Part shown: in pieces, positions 1 to 19,000 of the stretch
How the letters are laid out: each line of letters opens with the position of its first letter
How positions within the stretch are numbered: position 1 is the stretch's first letter
DNA from: Phaeosaccion multiseriatum
Lineage: Eukaryota; Protista; Ochrophyta, other classes
NCBI GenBank assembly: GCA_965112735.1
Contig: OZ218965.1
Coordinates: 992,001-1,056,000, forward strand
Length of the DNA: 64,000 nucleotides
Direction of reading: 5' to 3'
Program-made: the position numbers and the translations under genes
The notes under the pieces: model-generated
Database searches by the model: none
Seen by the model: the letters and a program-made list of their open reading frames with translations, nothing else
What the model was told of the DNA's origin: nothing

Positions 1-464
1 AGAGAGGGCGGGTTGAGTGCGGTGTGAGCAGGGCGACGCAGAGGGCGACTTGGCTCCATCCTATGACAATCAGAGTGTTGAGCAGCAGCCCATCTCGACC
101 ACACGGCTCTGTGGCAGTGCCAGCACCACGGCTTTCTTCTTCCTTCCTTCCGTACTTGCTTGCTCCCCTCCTTCCTTCTTTCCCTTCCTTCCGTCCTTTC
201 TCCTGTCCTTCCTTCTTTCCTCTATCCTTCTCTTCCCCAGCCCGAACTGAGCAAGGCACCTCAACCTCAAGTTACAGGGCCAGCCAGCCCCTCTGCACTC
301 CCCTTCTCCAGGCCAGCAACATTACCCTCACTCACTCCCTCACTCCGGGGAGTCGTCTCTGGGGCAGTCAGTTTGCAGCTTCTAGTAGCAACAGATGGTC
401 CTAACAGGGTGCCTGTGCCTGTTCTATTCTTCCCTCGCCCCACTACACACTCCACTACACTCAC

Positions 465-1068
465 CAGATATATGTCCCGGCCATTCTCAGCCTTGATAAC
501 GTGCCTGAGTCTAATGAGGTTGTCGTGGCCGCTAAGGGCCTGCAAGTACATCACTTCACGGAAGGTGCGCTGAGCGTCGGTAGCGTTTCGGAAGGCGTCG
601 AAGCACTTCTTCAGAGCCACCACGCCTCGAGACCGCTTCTCGATGCCCTTCCATACTATACCGTAGGCCTGCGGAAGAGCAAGAGACGTAGGCAGAGGAA
701 ATGGTAGCGGGGATGTGTAGATGCGCGGGAGAATGGTTCAGGAGAGAAGGTGGAGACCACGAAAGAAGGAGTGGCCAGGCAGAGGGAGGAAAGAGGAGAG
801 GAAAAGGAAGCGCAAGGCCTTGGGTCCACCAAACCTCCTTCCCCCTCTGAAGCGAATCTTCCCTGTCTCTCCACGAAGGCCTCTCCCACTCCTCTCGTCC
901 ACATCTGTGTGTACTCTTCTCCTATGCTCCTCCTCCTGCTGGCGAACCAGGCCCTTCTTCTCCCACCCCCTATTGTGAAGCTTGTCGCCTCAGGTCACTC
1001 ACCCCTTTGCCCAGCTTTTGACAGATCTCGAAGCGCCGTAGCACGTGCCTGTCAATCTCCTCACTCAT
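465..1068 (-). CDS. MAPK15: Atypical MAP kinase ERK7/MAPK15-like, 5' part (exons 1003-1068 and 465-668; the gene continues beyond the window start)
   Basis: Spliced translation [22 protein letters not shown]|[68 protein letters not shown]; the [16 protein letters not shown] motif is typical of ERK7; GTGAGT donors. Confidence 0.9.
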
Positions 1069-1723
1069 GACGCTATCTCTATTAGGGCTGGCTGCTGCTC
1101 CAGCAGGTGTTTATCGACACGACACACTTCGGCCCCACGGGCGTCTTTTTCCTCACTCCTCCTTCATCCCGATGAAACGTTAGCTGCAGCACTCCCCCCT
1201 CGCCCTCTCTTGGCGGCGGCGAGGGACTAGCACACAGGGAAAGAGATTGAGGGATCTATAGACCTATTGCAGTGTTGCGCACGCGTGATAGCATAGATAG
1301 ACGAGTTGTTTGGAGAGAGCAACTTCGTAACGTACCGTTAGACAGACGTCTGGAAACCCTCACCTCCATTTCCATGACTCACTCGAGTCCTGAAGCAGAG
1401 GTTTTAGTTGAAGCTCGGAAGGAGACAGAAAAGCAAGCAAAAAAACAGAAAGGGCGACAACAACATCTCTGTGTGGGAGTGACAGTGGGGAAGTGAGTGG
1501 GGGAAGTGTCGAGAAGCTAAGTCGGAGACCTGGAGACGGTTTTCTGCTTTCTTTCTTCCAGTAACAGGAGTGTGGCTTTGACGGCACACGAGTGCAACCT
1601 GCCCCTTCAACAACGACTGTGTGGAGTGACAGGGGGGAGTGACGGGGGTCAGGCGCACTTAGCTCCCAGACCTTTCTTGTTCGAGCGGCAGGAGCTGTAG
1701 GGCGCGATTCAGGCTCAGCGGGG

Positions 1724-4074
1724 ATGGAGGGGCGCCAGCGCAAGGGTCGGGGCCAGAAACGGGGCGGCTTGGGGGCCAATTGGGTAGCTGTGGCGTCCAC
1801 TCCGCACCTAATAGCCAGTACAGTGGCCTTCTTGCTGGCCTTTCCCTATAATAGCGGCAGAGAAGGCAGCGCTGGGCGACAGAATGGCGTTGCGGCCTTC
1901 TCCCTGCCTGGCACGCCCTTGCCCAGCAGGGGCAGCATCGCTTCCCCAGGAGGAGAAGGAGGAGGCGGGTGCCGTCGCTGCCCTCCCCTGAATCTGGCCG
2001 TCGTGGGCGGGGGAGGCAGCAGCCGCAGCACTTCACGTGGCATGTCTGCGAATGACAAGGTCGGAGGCGGGCGGCGGCGAGCGAGGGGCGCATGGGGAGG
2101 AGCCCGTGGGAGATCAGGGGCAGGGCAGCTCAACATGCTGTGGTCTGGGGGGCGCCGGACAGCCGGGGACGAAGTGACGGTCAACATTGAGCGACCTTCC
2201 ATGAACTCCCGCCGTATCTCGGGCAGCATTGTGATTGACCGCCCCATCGAGGACGTGTGGCTGACGCTCACAGACTACGATAAGCTGGCCGACTATGTGC
2301 CCAACCTGGTGCAGAGTAAGCAGTTGGAGCACCCGGGGGGAGGCATTCGACTGTTCCAAGAGGGCGCACAGAACATCGTCGGCTTTGACTTCCGAGCGAG
2401 TCTGACCATGGACATGGAGGAGCAGTACGGTGAGTTGTGAGTTGAGTGGGTGGGAGGGACAAGGAAGGAGGGGTGGGGAGAAGGGGTGTGAGCATAGAGG
2501 AGGTGAGAGGATGTAGGGGAAGTACAGGGGGAAGGAGTGTCGTGAGTGGTACATGTGTGAGAGAGAGCGGAGGGGGGAGGGAAGGAGGGAAGAAGTAGTG
2601 CGTCGTGTGTTTGAGAGAGAGAGAAGAAGTGAGGTGTGTGGCTTGTGTGTGTAATTGTGAGAGAGAGAGAGGGCGAACGAGTGGAGCTTCCGTGTGCAGA
2701 CAGCGAAGTGTGTTCGCTACTCTCTTGGTCTGTCTTCTCGCTTATACTCGCTTGCTTCGAAGTTTCGCCTCGACTCGAGCCTAACGCGCATACACCCAAC
2801 GTACTGCCCTGTCTCTCTCCCATCCACTTCCATCCTCCCTGCACAGGGGATGCCGGAAACCTTCTCGCCATGCGCAAGATTGGCTTCTCGCTTGTGGACA
2901 GGTCAGTGAGGGAGGGAAGGAGGAAGGGAGGGAAGAGGAGGGAGGGAGGGATTGATGGAGTGTATGGGGGTGTGAGGGAATGAGTGAGTTGAGTTCAGTG
3001 AGTGAGTGAGTGAGTGAGTGAGTGACAAACCAAGTGAGCGCGTGCATCTCCCGTGATTGATTGATTGATTGATCGTTAGGCACGGACGCGTGTGGCTCAC
3101 TCTCACCTCTTTCTCCGCATGCATGTACCTGCCCTATTCCTGACCGTTCTTTCTCTCTCTCTTCACCTCCCTCTCTCTTGCTCCCTCTCTCCATCTCCCT
3201 CCCTCTCTCCCTCCCCCTCTGTCCCTCCCTCTCCACCCACAGCGTCATGTTCAAAGCCTTCGACGGCGAGTGGCGCATGCAATCAAACTCCCGCAAGGTG
3301 AACAAAGACGCGAAGCCAGGGGAGCCCAAATACATCTACACCACCAAACTCTTTTACATGCTCCTTATCAAGCCCAAGGGGCCGGTCCCTGTCATTGTTC
3401 TGGAGGCCCAAGTCTCGAACGAGGTACCCAACAATCTCAAGGGGCTCAAAGCGGCGGCTGAGAACAAAGCGGCGGAGGACCCCGGTTACTTCGAGCGAAG
3501 AAAGAGGCAAATGGCCATGCGTACGCTGACGAGTGGGCTGGTGGTGAACAATGAGAAGAAGACGGCGCTACAGATGCGCGAAGAGGGCATTTGGGACTGC
3601 CAGCTCCCCGAGGATGGGGACGACCCGCTGTTGGAGGGCGGGGGTCGGGGGGGTGGTGAGATCGGAGGAGGTATCTCTCAGCAGCTTGGCAGTATCACGG
3701 AGCTGCGAGATGCCGGTGAGAAGCAGCAGCAGCAGCAGCAAGGAGGAGGAGGCGCAGCGGCAACAGCAGGAGTAGGAGGAGGAGGAGGAGGAGGAGGAGG
3801 AGCCGTTGGTGATGCGGCAGCAGCAGGAGCTAAGGGGGGTGCGGAAGTGGGGGGAAGGAAGGGCGTATGGCAGGCGTGGAGCAGTAGAGTCGGGCGCAAG
3901 CAAAAGCTCGGGGAGAAGGTCGCGGAGAAGGTGGCACAGGGCCCTTCGTCTTCTCTCTTGAAGCCCAAGGGCCCACTTGCAGCGGGAATGCGGCGAAGAG
4001 CGGATTGGGAGTCAGATGAAACGCTCGAGGCGTATATTGAGGAGATTAAGAGCAGGGAGAACAACCGCCGTTAG
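1724..4074 (+). CDS. START/polyketide cyclase-dehydrase (COQ10-like SRPBCC) protein, probably organelle-targeted; exons ~1724-2429, 2847-2901, 3243-4074
   Basis: RRISGSIVIDRPIEDVWLTLTDYDKLADYVPNL...RLFQEGAQNIVGFDFRAS...FKAFDGEWRM...PKGPVPVIVLEAQVSNEVPNNLKGLK; exon phases are consistent; start codon uncertain. Confidence 0.8.
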
Positions 4075-5261
4075 GAGGGAGCAATAAGGAGGAGGATTCT
4101 TTAGGAGGGAGGAGGAAGAGGAAGAGGAAGAGTAGAGGTGCTGTGCGAGCGAGGGAGCTCTCGCAGCGTATACAGGTGAGGCGGGCTGGTGGAGGACAGG
4201 AGGAAGCAGCGCAGTGGGTTTCTCGAGGAAATGAGGGGCGAAACGAGGGGCAGCCCGGGGCGGGGAGAGGAGGGGAGGGGCGGGGAGAGAGGGGGAGAAG
4301 AAGAAGGAAGGCAATGAAACAATCAGAGATGAGGGGCGTGTATGGGCCGTACGTATGCGTACGTATGTCGGTACCGTTGCTATAGTACCATACACAGAGT
4401 GTTGGTACCATCCGTTACCATAGCGATACAAAGCGATACTTATTTAGCAGGAGCGTCTCGTACACAAGTAAGCCGAAGGGACATGACACTACGTACGCTT
4501 ACGTAAGGAGGCGACTTTTGAGCGAAAGTTTTGGTCAGTACAGAAGCGGCCACAGCAGGAGGGGGCGGGGGGGAGAGAGGGGAGAGAGGAGAGGAGAGGA
4601 GGGGGGGATGTAGGGTGACATGCTTCTGCTTGGTCTTAGTGTGATGAAGGTAAATTATAGGGGGGTTGGGGCGGGGGGGGGGGGGGGGGGGGGGGTCAGT
4701 CCGAGGGGAGGATACATAGACGTGTACGATGCTCTAACGTAATCGTACGAAAAAGAGAAAAAAGAGGTGTCACTGTAAAGGTATACTAGGACGGTGTCCA
4801 GCAACACAAAACAGGGCATGGAACGTTTGACTTCAGACCGACGAAGAGAAGGTGTGTTCTGATGCCGATCGAAGACGTGAGCACTGCTCTCTGCTGATTA
4901 TTACAAGGCGCCTTTGAATAAAAGAGAGAAGGGTGTTCCAAGCGTTCTTTCTCGAGTTCGTGAGGGATGTTTGTCAAGGCCATCACGTCCAGTCCAGGCC
5001 AGTCCCAGTCCAACCCTGTGTGGTGGTGGTATGGTCTATCCCCCCCTCCCCCTCCTCTCCTCTGCTCTGACATCTTCCTACTACTGGCCCCTCGCTGTCG
5101 ACGAGGGAGGGAGGGGAGGTCTCAATCGATGGCCAGACACAGACAGTGGAGGAAAGGAGGGGCATACCGGGGCGTACCGTCTACACCACGTGTGCCCCAT
5201 ACACTCACACTCCCCACTCCCCATGTACAGGATGGTTTCTGTAAGTCAATGAAAGTGTCCC

Positions 5262-10502
<5,241 letters not shown>

Positions 10503-10935
10503 CCAAGGAACAGGCTGGAACTCGAAATTTGAAGGGAAGGCACCTCTGCCTGCCTGCCTGTATACCTCTAAATTAGTAAAGGATACTTGTACGTCCCACA
10601 CAGAGAGAGAGAATGCAATAATGCGTTGAAGCTTCGTATGCTGCGTATACTGGAGCAGCAGAAGGGAGAAGAGGAAAGGTGTTGTCCTCACGCTGATGCT
10701 ACAACCGCGACTGAGATGAGAAGACCAGCTGTGGAGGGGGCTCGAAGGTTTGAGGAACATGGATCAGCAGAAGGACTTAGAGCAGCATGGGATAGCATGG
10801 CGGATGGCGAAGCTGTAAAGGGTCATTTCACGTGACGGCAGTTACGCTTGGCCTCAGGGCCGAAGATGATAGCCTCAGGACCGAAGATGATGGGGACGAA
10901 GGCATGGAATCTGCAGACGAGGCTTCGTTGCGAAG

Positions 10936-11490
10936 GTGCTGGAGCTGGTTCCAGTATCCGTCACGCGTGGGCGTTTTTGCGACCACGTCAATCAACACAT
11001 AGTCCTTCCCTGTGGTGAGGAGGAGGTGGAGATGGGGTATGAGTTTAACCTACCTCTCGAGCTCCCTGCCTCGCTGAAGAAGATTAAATTTGGTGAGATG
11101 TTCAATCAGCAAGTTGTCCTTCCTTGAGGGGGTGGAGGAGGCGGTGATGGGCGATGATTTTGACCTCCCTCTGAACCTTCCTTCTTCGCTGAGGGAAATT
11201 GTATTCGGCCATTTCTTCAATCAGCATGTGATCCTTCCTTGTGGGGTGCGTAGGAGGTGGAGATGGGCGTAGCTTCGACCTCCCTCTGGACCTGCCTGCC
11301 CCACTAAAGAAGATCAAGTTTGCTTTCACTTCTATTAGCACGTGGTCCTTCCCTGTGGTGTGGAGGAGGTGGTGATGGGGCGTAGCTTTGACCTCCCTCT
11401 AGATGTGCCTGCCTCGCTGAAGAAGATCGACTTTGGGGTGCGCTTCAATCGGCACCTGGTCCTTCCTTGTGGAGTGGAAGAGGTGTGTTG
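10936..11490 (+). pseudogene. FNIP-repeat protein remnant (about four 40-aa units, frameshifted)
   Basis: Repeats such as FNQQVVLP.GVEEAVMGDDFDLPLNLPSSLREIVFGHFFNQHVILPCGV spread across ORFs 10936, 11090 and 11342 in different frames. Confidence 0.75.
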
Positions 11491-12776
11491 TAGGTCGATG
11501 CCATTTTGTGATATGCGAATTACTGACGCACGTCGCTCAGGAGCCTGGGTTCCTCTCTCAGAGCCTGGTTGTGTAAGGACAAGGCACCCTACCTCCTTCT
11601 TGCCCTTGCCTGCCCCTCTGCTGCGCCCCTTTGCATTGCCGCTGCCTGCCCGCCTCACCTCGGTGGCTCTGCCCGGGGGGGCTATTGCCAGTTGCTGTTC
11701 CTCCGAGGAGGCGGAGGGGGGGCTGGAGTCCCCGCTGGTGGCCTTGCTGCTACCTTTGTACGCCGTAACGCAGCTCTTGTAGCACCTGCAGTAGGTCAGC
11801 TTGCCACTCTCGTCGATCGCATTGGATTTCCAGTCGCACATGCCGACCAAAGTGACGTGCGTGCTGGTACCTGAGACACCTTTGCTCAGAGGCTTACGGT
11901 GGGGTACGTTTGCTCGCTGCCTGCGCATTTGTTCAAGGGGCTTGCGGTGAGTCGCTACTCATAGGAAGACGCGACAGCACGAGTTGGTGATACAGCAGCA
12001 GTTAGCAGTTAGCTGAAGTCCTCCGGGGCCGACGAGTAGCACGGTAGATATTGCAATCTGCCCCTGCCTCTCAACTGCGGCGTCTGGATGCAGCAACGGG
12101 TGGTGATACAGCAGCAGCGAGGCGGGGGTCGAGGCGGGGCTTGGGTGCTCGTAGACCATCAGCTGGGGGGGTTCGGAGATAAGTAAGAGCGGCCGGCAGC
12201 AGCTCGTCACCGGAACGGAAGGGGGGAAAATGAGCATGTTGCTACAAGCCATCCCCCCCCGTTGTAAGCATATTTGATCGCATTTGACCACACTTTCACT
12301 GTGCTGATGTGGACATGGCACAAAGTTCCAAATGACAACTCTTGTGTGATGGAAGGAAATCGAATTCGTGTGCCCATTGGCGTTCAGCTCATTGCAAGTG
12401 TCTGCCAAAGAGAACAAAAAAGGAACGTAGTTTTTTTTTGTTTTTAATTAACATTAATTATGTGCTCAACGATATGTGCTCTCCGATATATATCGTACAT
12501 CACATGACGGGTCGTTCTCTAAAACCCCTATCCCCTTGCTCTTTATACATCGCTACTCTAATAATTGCTGTGTTTCTCCCTCGCAGCCGGAACTCTCGCA
12601 AAAGCTGTACATCCATTTGCTTCCTTCCCTCCGTTCCCTTCGCGCCATACCCCACTGAGTCGGTCTCACAGGTTGGCGGCGGCGAGCCAGCTGATTGCCT
12701 CATAACTCACACACTCCTAATCATCCCACACCCAAAGTTTCTCGCTTTTTTCTCTCGCCCTCTCTAGTGAGAGAAC

Positions 12777-14419
12777 CTAAGCCACGAGGGAAGGGGTCGA
12801 AGCGCTGAGTACGGCCGCCTCCGCCGCCTTCTTGCTGCCCATGCTGGTGATACCCTTAGCTGCGAACTCTCCTCTGAACCACTCCACAGTCTTACGAATG
12901 CCCTCAGGGAAGGGCGTGGTGGGATTGTAGCCCAGCATCTCCCTCGCCTTGCTAATGTCGGCACAAGTACGCTGCACATCTCCGGGCTGCTCAGGCATGA
13001 CCCGAATATCGGCCTTGTTCCCAACATGCGTCTCCACCAGGCCGATGAAACGCGACAGACTCGTGGGGGTGCCTCGGCCTAGATTGTAAATCTGATAGCC
13101 GGCGGGCCGGTCCAGGGAGCGAATCACTCCATCCACAATGTCCTCAATGTACGTGTAGTCGCGACTCGTGGTGCCATCTCCGTACTGCTGAATCTCCTCC
13201 CCACGGAATACGCGATCGATAAACTTGTACGGGGCCATGTCGGGCCTTCCCCGGGGGCCGTACACGGTGAAGAAGCGCAGGCCGGCGATGGGCAAGTGGT
13301 AGAGGTGGTGATACGTGTGGGCAATGAGCTCACAGGACTTCTTGGTGGCCGCGTAGGGGGACACCGGGAAGTCCACAATGTCCGTCTCAGAGAAGGTCTC
13401 CTTCATGGAGCCGCCGTACACGCTGCTGCTAGAGGCAAAGGCGAAGGACTTGCAGCCGTGAATGCGAGAGAGCTCAAGCAGGCGAGTGGTTGCCTCGACG
13501 TTGGAGTGGACATAGATGAAGGGGTCCTGGATGGAGGGGCGCACTCCGGCTCGGGCCGCGAGGTGCACCACCCATTGAGGCTTCTCCGTCTCATAGATGT
13601 TCTGTTGGGGGGCAGCGGGGGAAGGCGGGATTGAAAGGAATCAAGCGGAAAGGAGCGGAACAGAGTCAGTTCTCAGATTTGGGGAGTCGACGCAGAGGGG
13701 ATAAAAGGGTGGAAGATGGGTGGATGCGGGAGCAGAGAGCACAGGGCAGGGCGGGACATTTGGTATAACGTTCCGCCCCGCAGCCTCGTGCAATGTCCCG
13801 CCCCGCAGCCTCGCCTCCGCAAATGAACTCTCACGTAAACAGTGACGTACTAACTCACCGTGATGAAGGGAACGTCGCACATATCTCCCTCGTAGATCCT
13901 GCATCGGTCCTGGCCGTAGGAATCCGTGAGCTTCTTGAGATTGGCCCTCTTGATGCTAACGTCATAATAGTCGTTCACCTCATCCACAATCACCACATCG
14001 TCGCCCCGCTCCAGCAGAGACAGAGCCACGGAGCTGCCGATAAAGCCCGCTCCGCCCGTGACGAGCACCTTCTTGTACCCCACGTGAGGCTCCACATAAC
14101 GGGCGTGGCGGCCCTCCGCAGCGTGATGGAGCTCCACGTCTTCGTCGTCGTCGCTCTGGTCCTGGAGGTCATCGCTGCTATTGGGGTCCTCCTCCGCCGA
14201 GTTGAGCGACTCCAAGTCGCCGGAGGTGTCTCCATAGACGGAGTTGGCGTCGCGGCAGTCCATGTCGTCATCGGAGGACTCCACCGTGAAAGAGCTGGCC
14301 ATGCTCGTGGTACTGACGCTGATGGGCAGCGTGGAAGCCATGGTCTCGTCCTGCTGCTGCTGCTCCTGCTGGGGCTGGCTCTCGGCCCCGCCCGTGTAGT
14401 TGGTGCTGCTCAGAGTCAT
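12777..14419 (-). CDS. GAE: UDP-glucuronate 4-epimerase-like extended SDR (exons 13859-14419 and 12777-13601)
   Basis: VLVTGGAGFIGS, VHLAARAGVRPS, ASSSSVYG, YAATK catalytic motif, LRFFTVYGPRGRPDMAP; acidic N-terminal extension. Confidence 0.9.
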
Positions 14420-15626
14420 AACCTGTGCTGGGTGGTCTACTCTCTGGTTGGGTGTTCTCTCTAGAGAACGGTGTTTTCGAAATCCGCTGGGCTGTTTGGT
14501 CTCTCACTCAGCTAATCAGTCGGAGAGCCGGGTTTACTCTGATCTTGGTTCCGCCCTTGACTAGAGAGTGCGTGAACTTGATGTGCGTCGTCTTGCCTAA
14601 TTAAAGAGCCCACATGAAGTGTGGGTGAACGATGAGCGTGGTTTGTGCCTTGCCTCTCACTCTATTTCGCCCCGGTGGTTCACTTCTCCCTCCCTGCTCT
14701 TCCGCTCTCACTCGATGTGGTGTGCCTTGCTGCTTGCCAGTCTCCCCTTGCGGCTGATGTATGTATGTGAAGAGGTCTGCGTGTGCCTAACGGTCTACTT
14801 AGTGTGCTGTGGCCTCCCTCTTACGTGCGTTGGATGTGTGTGGGTAACAAATGAGTCATTCACCCCTCGGGAACGGCATTTTGGAGGAATACGGACCCGA
14901 CACGTGGTATCATGAAACGGGCCGACACATAAAAAGGCGTACAATGTATAGAGAGAGCACCGTGAGGTTGTGGCAAGTAGGATGCACAGGTCTCCGGACT
15001 CACTGTGTTGATAGCGTACTTTAGTTCGTTCAGTATACTTACAAAGAGAATGAGGAGGGAGGGATGTTTTTCAGAGAAGGTTCGCTGCTGGAAGGCCGCC
15101 TCGACGAGGGCCCCAGTGCATACCAGCGGAGCCGTGTGTGAGACGTTAGGTGTGGTGGGTGCGTTGTAGCAGCACCCTTCGGCCCCCATCCCCCCCAAAT
15201 TCGCTCCTGAGAAGGTGACTTTGGGGCCACAAGTGACGACTTGCATCCTCCCGATGTCCCGAGCCGGCCCTGCCCGACTCTCGACGCTACAGCATGGAAA
15301 GTAAACCCTTCCGGAGGACACAGCAGCAGACAGAGAGTGCGGAGCACAAATACAGGGGGGTATCCTCCGTCAAAAGCGGCCTGCTCCGTTACAATGTCAG
15401 GGTCCGCCTCTCTGCTCCGCGCGTCTCAGCCTCAGAAAATCATCCGCTTCGCTGTCGACGCGTCCCTTCTTCGCAGCGCCGTGGCCCACTGCTCTATCGC
15501 TGCTGTATCACCAACGGCTGCTGCTGCTCTCGCCCGCCTCCCTCCTCCTCCTCCTCCTCCTCCTCCTCCTTCGCTTCGTGACAGTGCCCGCCTTCCCCCA
15601 GCCCTGCCTCGCCGCCCCCTCCACGC

Positions 15627-16039
15627 TCATGCCCAGGGTCTCTCCTGAGTAACGCCAACCTGGGCTGCGGTCACAGTGCCCACATCAGCGCTCTCTTCTT
15701 CTCCCTCCTCGTGTACCGATACTTCTTCTTGCCTCACTTGCTGACCAGGCCCTGGCTCAGCAGCCTCCGTCGCTCCCCCCTGCCCGGCCAGTGGAGCCTC
15801 AGCTTCTATCCCCTCTGAGAGCAGCGGTAGTGCTCGTGTATCATCACCAACTGCTGCTGCTACTGCTGGCGCTAGCGCTGCTTCCGGTGCTGTCACGCCC
15901 TCCACTGGTGCTGCCCCGTGCGGCGCTGGTGCTGCTGCTTCCTCGACCGTCGGCTCTACTGTTGTTCCAACTGCTTCTGCCTTGTCTTCTAACGATACCG
16001 CTGGTGCTCCTGCTGCTGCTGCGGTTGTTACTGCTGCTG

Positions 16040-16078
<39 letters not shown>

Positions 16079-19000
16079 GTGGTGGTGGTGGTGGTACTCC
16101 TGCTGCAGGGGGTGTTGAGTGCCGCTCGCGCTCGCTAGTTTCCGACATGCCTCGATCGCGGCCTGCTGGCTCCCTGTGCTCCCTGTGCTGTGCTTGTTGG
16201 TGCTCCACCCTGTCCACCTTGTCCTTCACCGCGGCGTCGATCACAGACGTGAGGCTGCGAAGAGCACCTGAGGAGAGGAGGAAGGGAGGGGTAGACAGAG
16301 GGAGGTGGAGATTGCAGTTTCAGTTTCAAGAGTCAGTCTAGTAGACCTTCTCGCACCCAAAACAAAGGCGAGAGGAGTGGCCCTTTCGCCTCCCTGCTTC
16401 CCTCCTTGCCGCAGTGATGTGCCGCAGCCCCCCGAGTCCGTCTCGCAATGCACAACACTCACCTCTGAACTTGTCCAAGCCGGGGCCTGCTGCTGCCCTT
16501 GTTCCATGCAATGCTGTCGCCGCTGCTCCTGCTGCCCCTGTCGCTGCTGCTGCTGCTGCTGCCCCCACCGCTGCCGCTGCCGCTGACGGTGTTGGTGAAG
16601 CATCAACATCACCACCACCATCACCATCACCATCAACCCCTCCCATCCCTCCCAACACACCGCCGCCACCTTCCCCTCCTCGCTGGCGAAGCTTCGTCGC
16701 ACTGCCCACGAGCACCTCCTTCCACGCCCCTCTGCTCACAACGGCCATTTTCTCCCCCAGCCTCGCCGTGATACCTGGCACCGCACCCACCGAACACCCC
16801 TCTCGATGCTGCTGCTGCTGCTGCTCTCCTCCCAGGGGGTGTCCCGTTGTTGGTGCCTTCTGCGAACCATCGCCTCGTCCTCCCCCCCCCCCTCCTCCCC
16901 CTCCTCCCCCTCCTCCTCCTCCTCCTCCTTCTCCCCCGTGGTTGTTAAATATGTCGATCTCGTCCAAAGTACCCGTGGCCAGACTCCGAATGACGAAGGC
17001 GGGAGGGGGGAGAGGAGGAGAAAGATCTTCGTCTTTGGGCCCCCCAACACTCGCAGTTGCAGTTTCTGTGCCATCTTCTGTCGAGGAGCTTCCATCCGCT
17101 CCTCCTCCTCGGGAGGATTCTGGTGCCTCTCCTCCTCCTCCTCCTCCTCCTCCTCCGTCTCCTCCGTCTCCTTCTCCCGCTGCTGCCGCTGTTGCTGCCG
17201 CTGTTGCTTGCTGCTCCTCTGCCCTCGCTGCAGAGCTAAGCATACCTAAGTTGTGCATGGCACTCGCCAACTTGTCGTTCACGGCCTTGTGCTCCTCCAC
17301 ACACACCTTGTACTCCGCCACCGTCCGCCGCAGGCCCTTCACCTCCTTGACAAGAATCTTTTTCGTCTTCTGTAACGCCACAATCTCCTCCTCCGTGTTC
17401 CTCTTCTCTGCCACCACGATGCCCAAGTCGAATCTGTCCTGCTCGCTCTGCTGCTTAGCCTCCTTCAACCGCTCCTCCGCACTATCCAACCTACGCTCCA
17501 GCTCCGATCGTCTCATCCTCTCCCCTCGATGCCACCCCTCCACCTCCCTGGCCTTTTCCTCTGCCTCCTTCAATCGCGGTAGGAGCACTTGCTCCTTTTC
17601 CTCCTCCCTCTCCGCCACCTCCCTCGCCAGCCTCGCTGCTTCCTCCTTGGTCCGTGCAAGCTCCTCTACCATGGTGGCCCGTTCTTCCGCGGCCGCTGCT
17701 GCCTGCTGCTGGAGCAGCTCCATGAGCTCCGGCATGCTCAGGCCGCCCACCTGGGGCGCGGTGGGTGGCGTGTTGTGTGTTGTTCGTGCGTGTCCAGACG
17801 GAGAGGGCGGGGTAGGTAGGTAGGCAGGCAGAGGGTGCTGGTATTGGTGCTTGCAGACGTGGGGAGACGAATGAGGTCTAATAAGACCAAACTAGACCAC
17901 CTACCTGCGCCTGGCTGAGGCCCATGCTGCCGCAGAGCCCTCTGGCCAGCCGGAGGTGATCGGAGGCCTTGCTCTGCTCTGTGAAGAGGCCCTGCTCCAA
18001 CACTGCCTTGTCCTGCGCCACCTTGCTCAGCCCGTTGGCCGTGTCCTACGACGTCAAGCAAACAACACAAACAACATCGACCACGCGTAACAATGTCATT
18101 GATGGATATCGCCTCCTTCCTCCTCCTCGTCCTCCTCCTCCTCGTCGCCCTCCTCTTCCTCTTCCTCCTCTTCCTCCTCCTCCTCCTCCTCCTCCTCCTC
18201 CTCCTCCCCCTCCTCCTCTTCCCTCCCCCTCCTCCTCCTCCTCACCTCCATCTCCGTCGAGAAGACCCTCTGCAGGTCCATGTACGCGTCTCTCTCGTCC
18301 CTCACCACTCTGTAGCGCTCTCTGTGAAGCGCGCTGACCCACCCCACCGACTTATCCTCGTTCTCGGCTTTGAAGAAGTACTCACGCAAGGGACTATCCT
18401 GGCCGGCCGACAAGACGAGCATGCCCGTCTGGAGAGGAGGATGGGGATCATGGGTGTGTCATGGAGTGATGGTGCAATGCGGTGCGTAGAGAGAGAGAGC
18501 AGAGAGAAAGAGACGGTGAGATCGAGTAGTGATGAGTGAAAGAGAGAGAGAGAGAGAGAGAGAGAGATCGGTTACGAGCGAAGCGAAAAGAAGGGAGAGC
18601 AGAGAGAGCGCGGGTGACGAGGGGAGAAAGAGCGGAGGGAGAAAGCAGACAGAGAGAGTGTAGCGAGAGAGAGTGTGCGTCTAAAGAGCGTGAGGACGAC
18701 TATGCCCGATTTCCGCCTTCTGGGCTCATACCTCAGGGTCGGCCGATGTCTCCGTGTAGTACTCCAGATCGATGACCCCCCGAGGGACCTGTTTGACCAC
18801 CATACAAGCGAAGGGAAGTGAAGCGGGGGTAAGTCGCACCGCGGAAGGAGCGGAACACCCGAGGGGCACGGGCCGGGGCAAAAGGGCAGGGGCAGGGGCA
18901 GGTTTTGCATCGCAGAATGAGGATAAGACACTTGGCGGCAAACGTCTCTAAAGGTGGGAAGAAAGACAGAGGTAGTCAAGGAACAAACGCACGATATCGG

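Noticed and set aside
16414-17823. 469-aa plus-strand ORF
   Set aside because: Antisense shadow of the coiled-coil exon of the PH gene in GC-rich sequence
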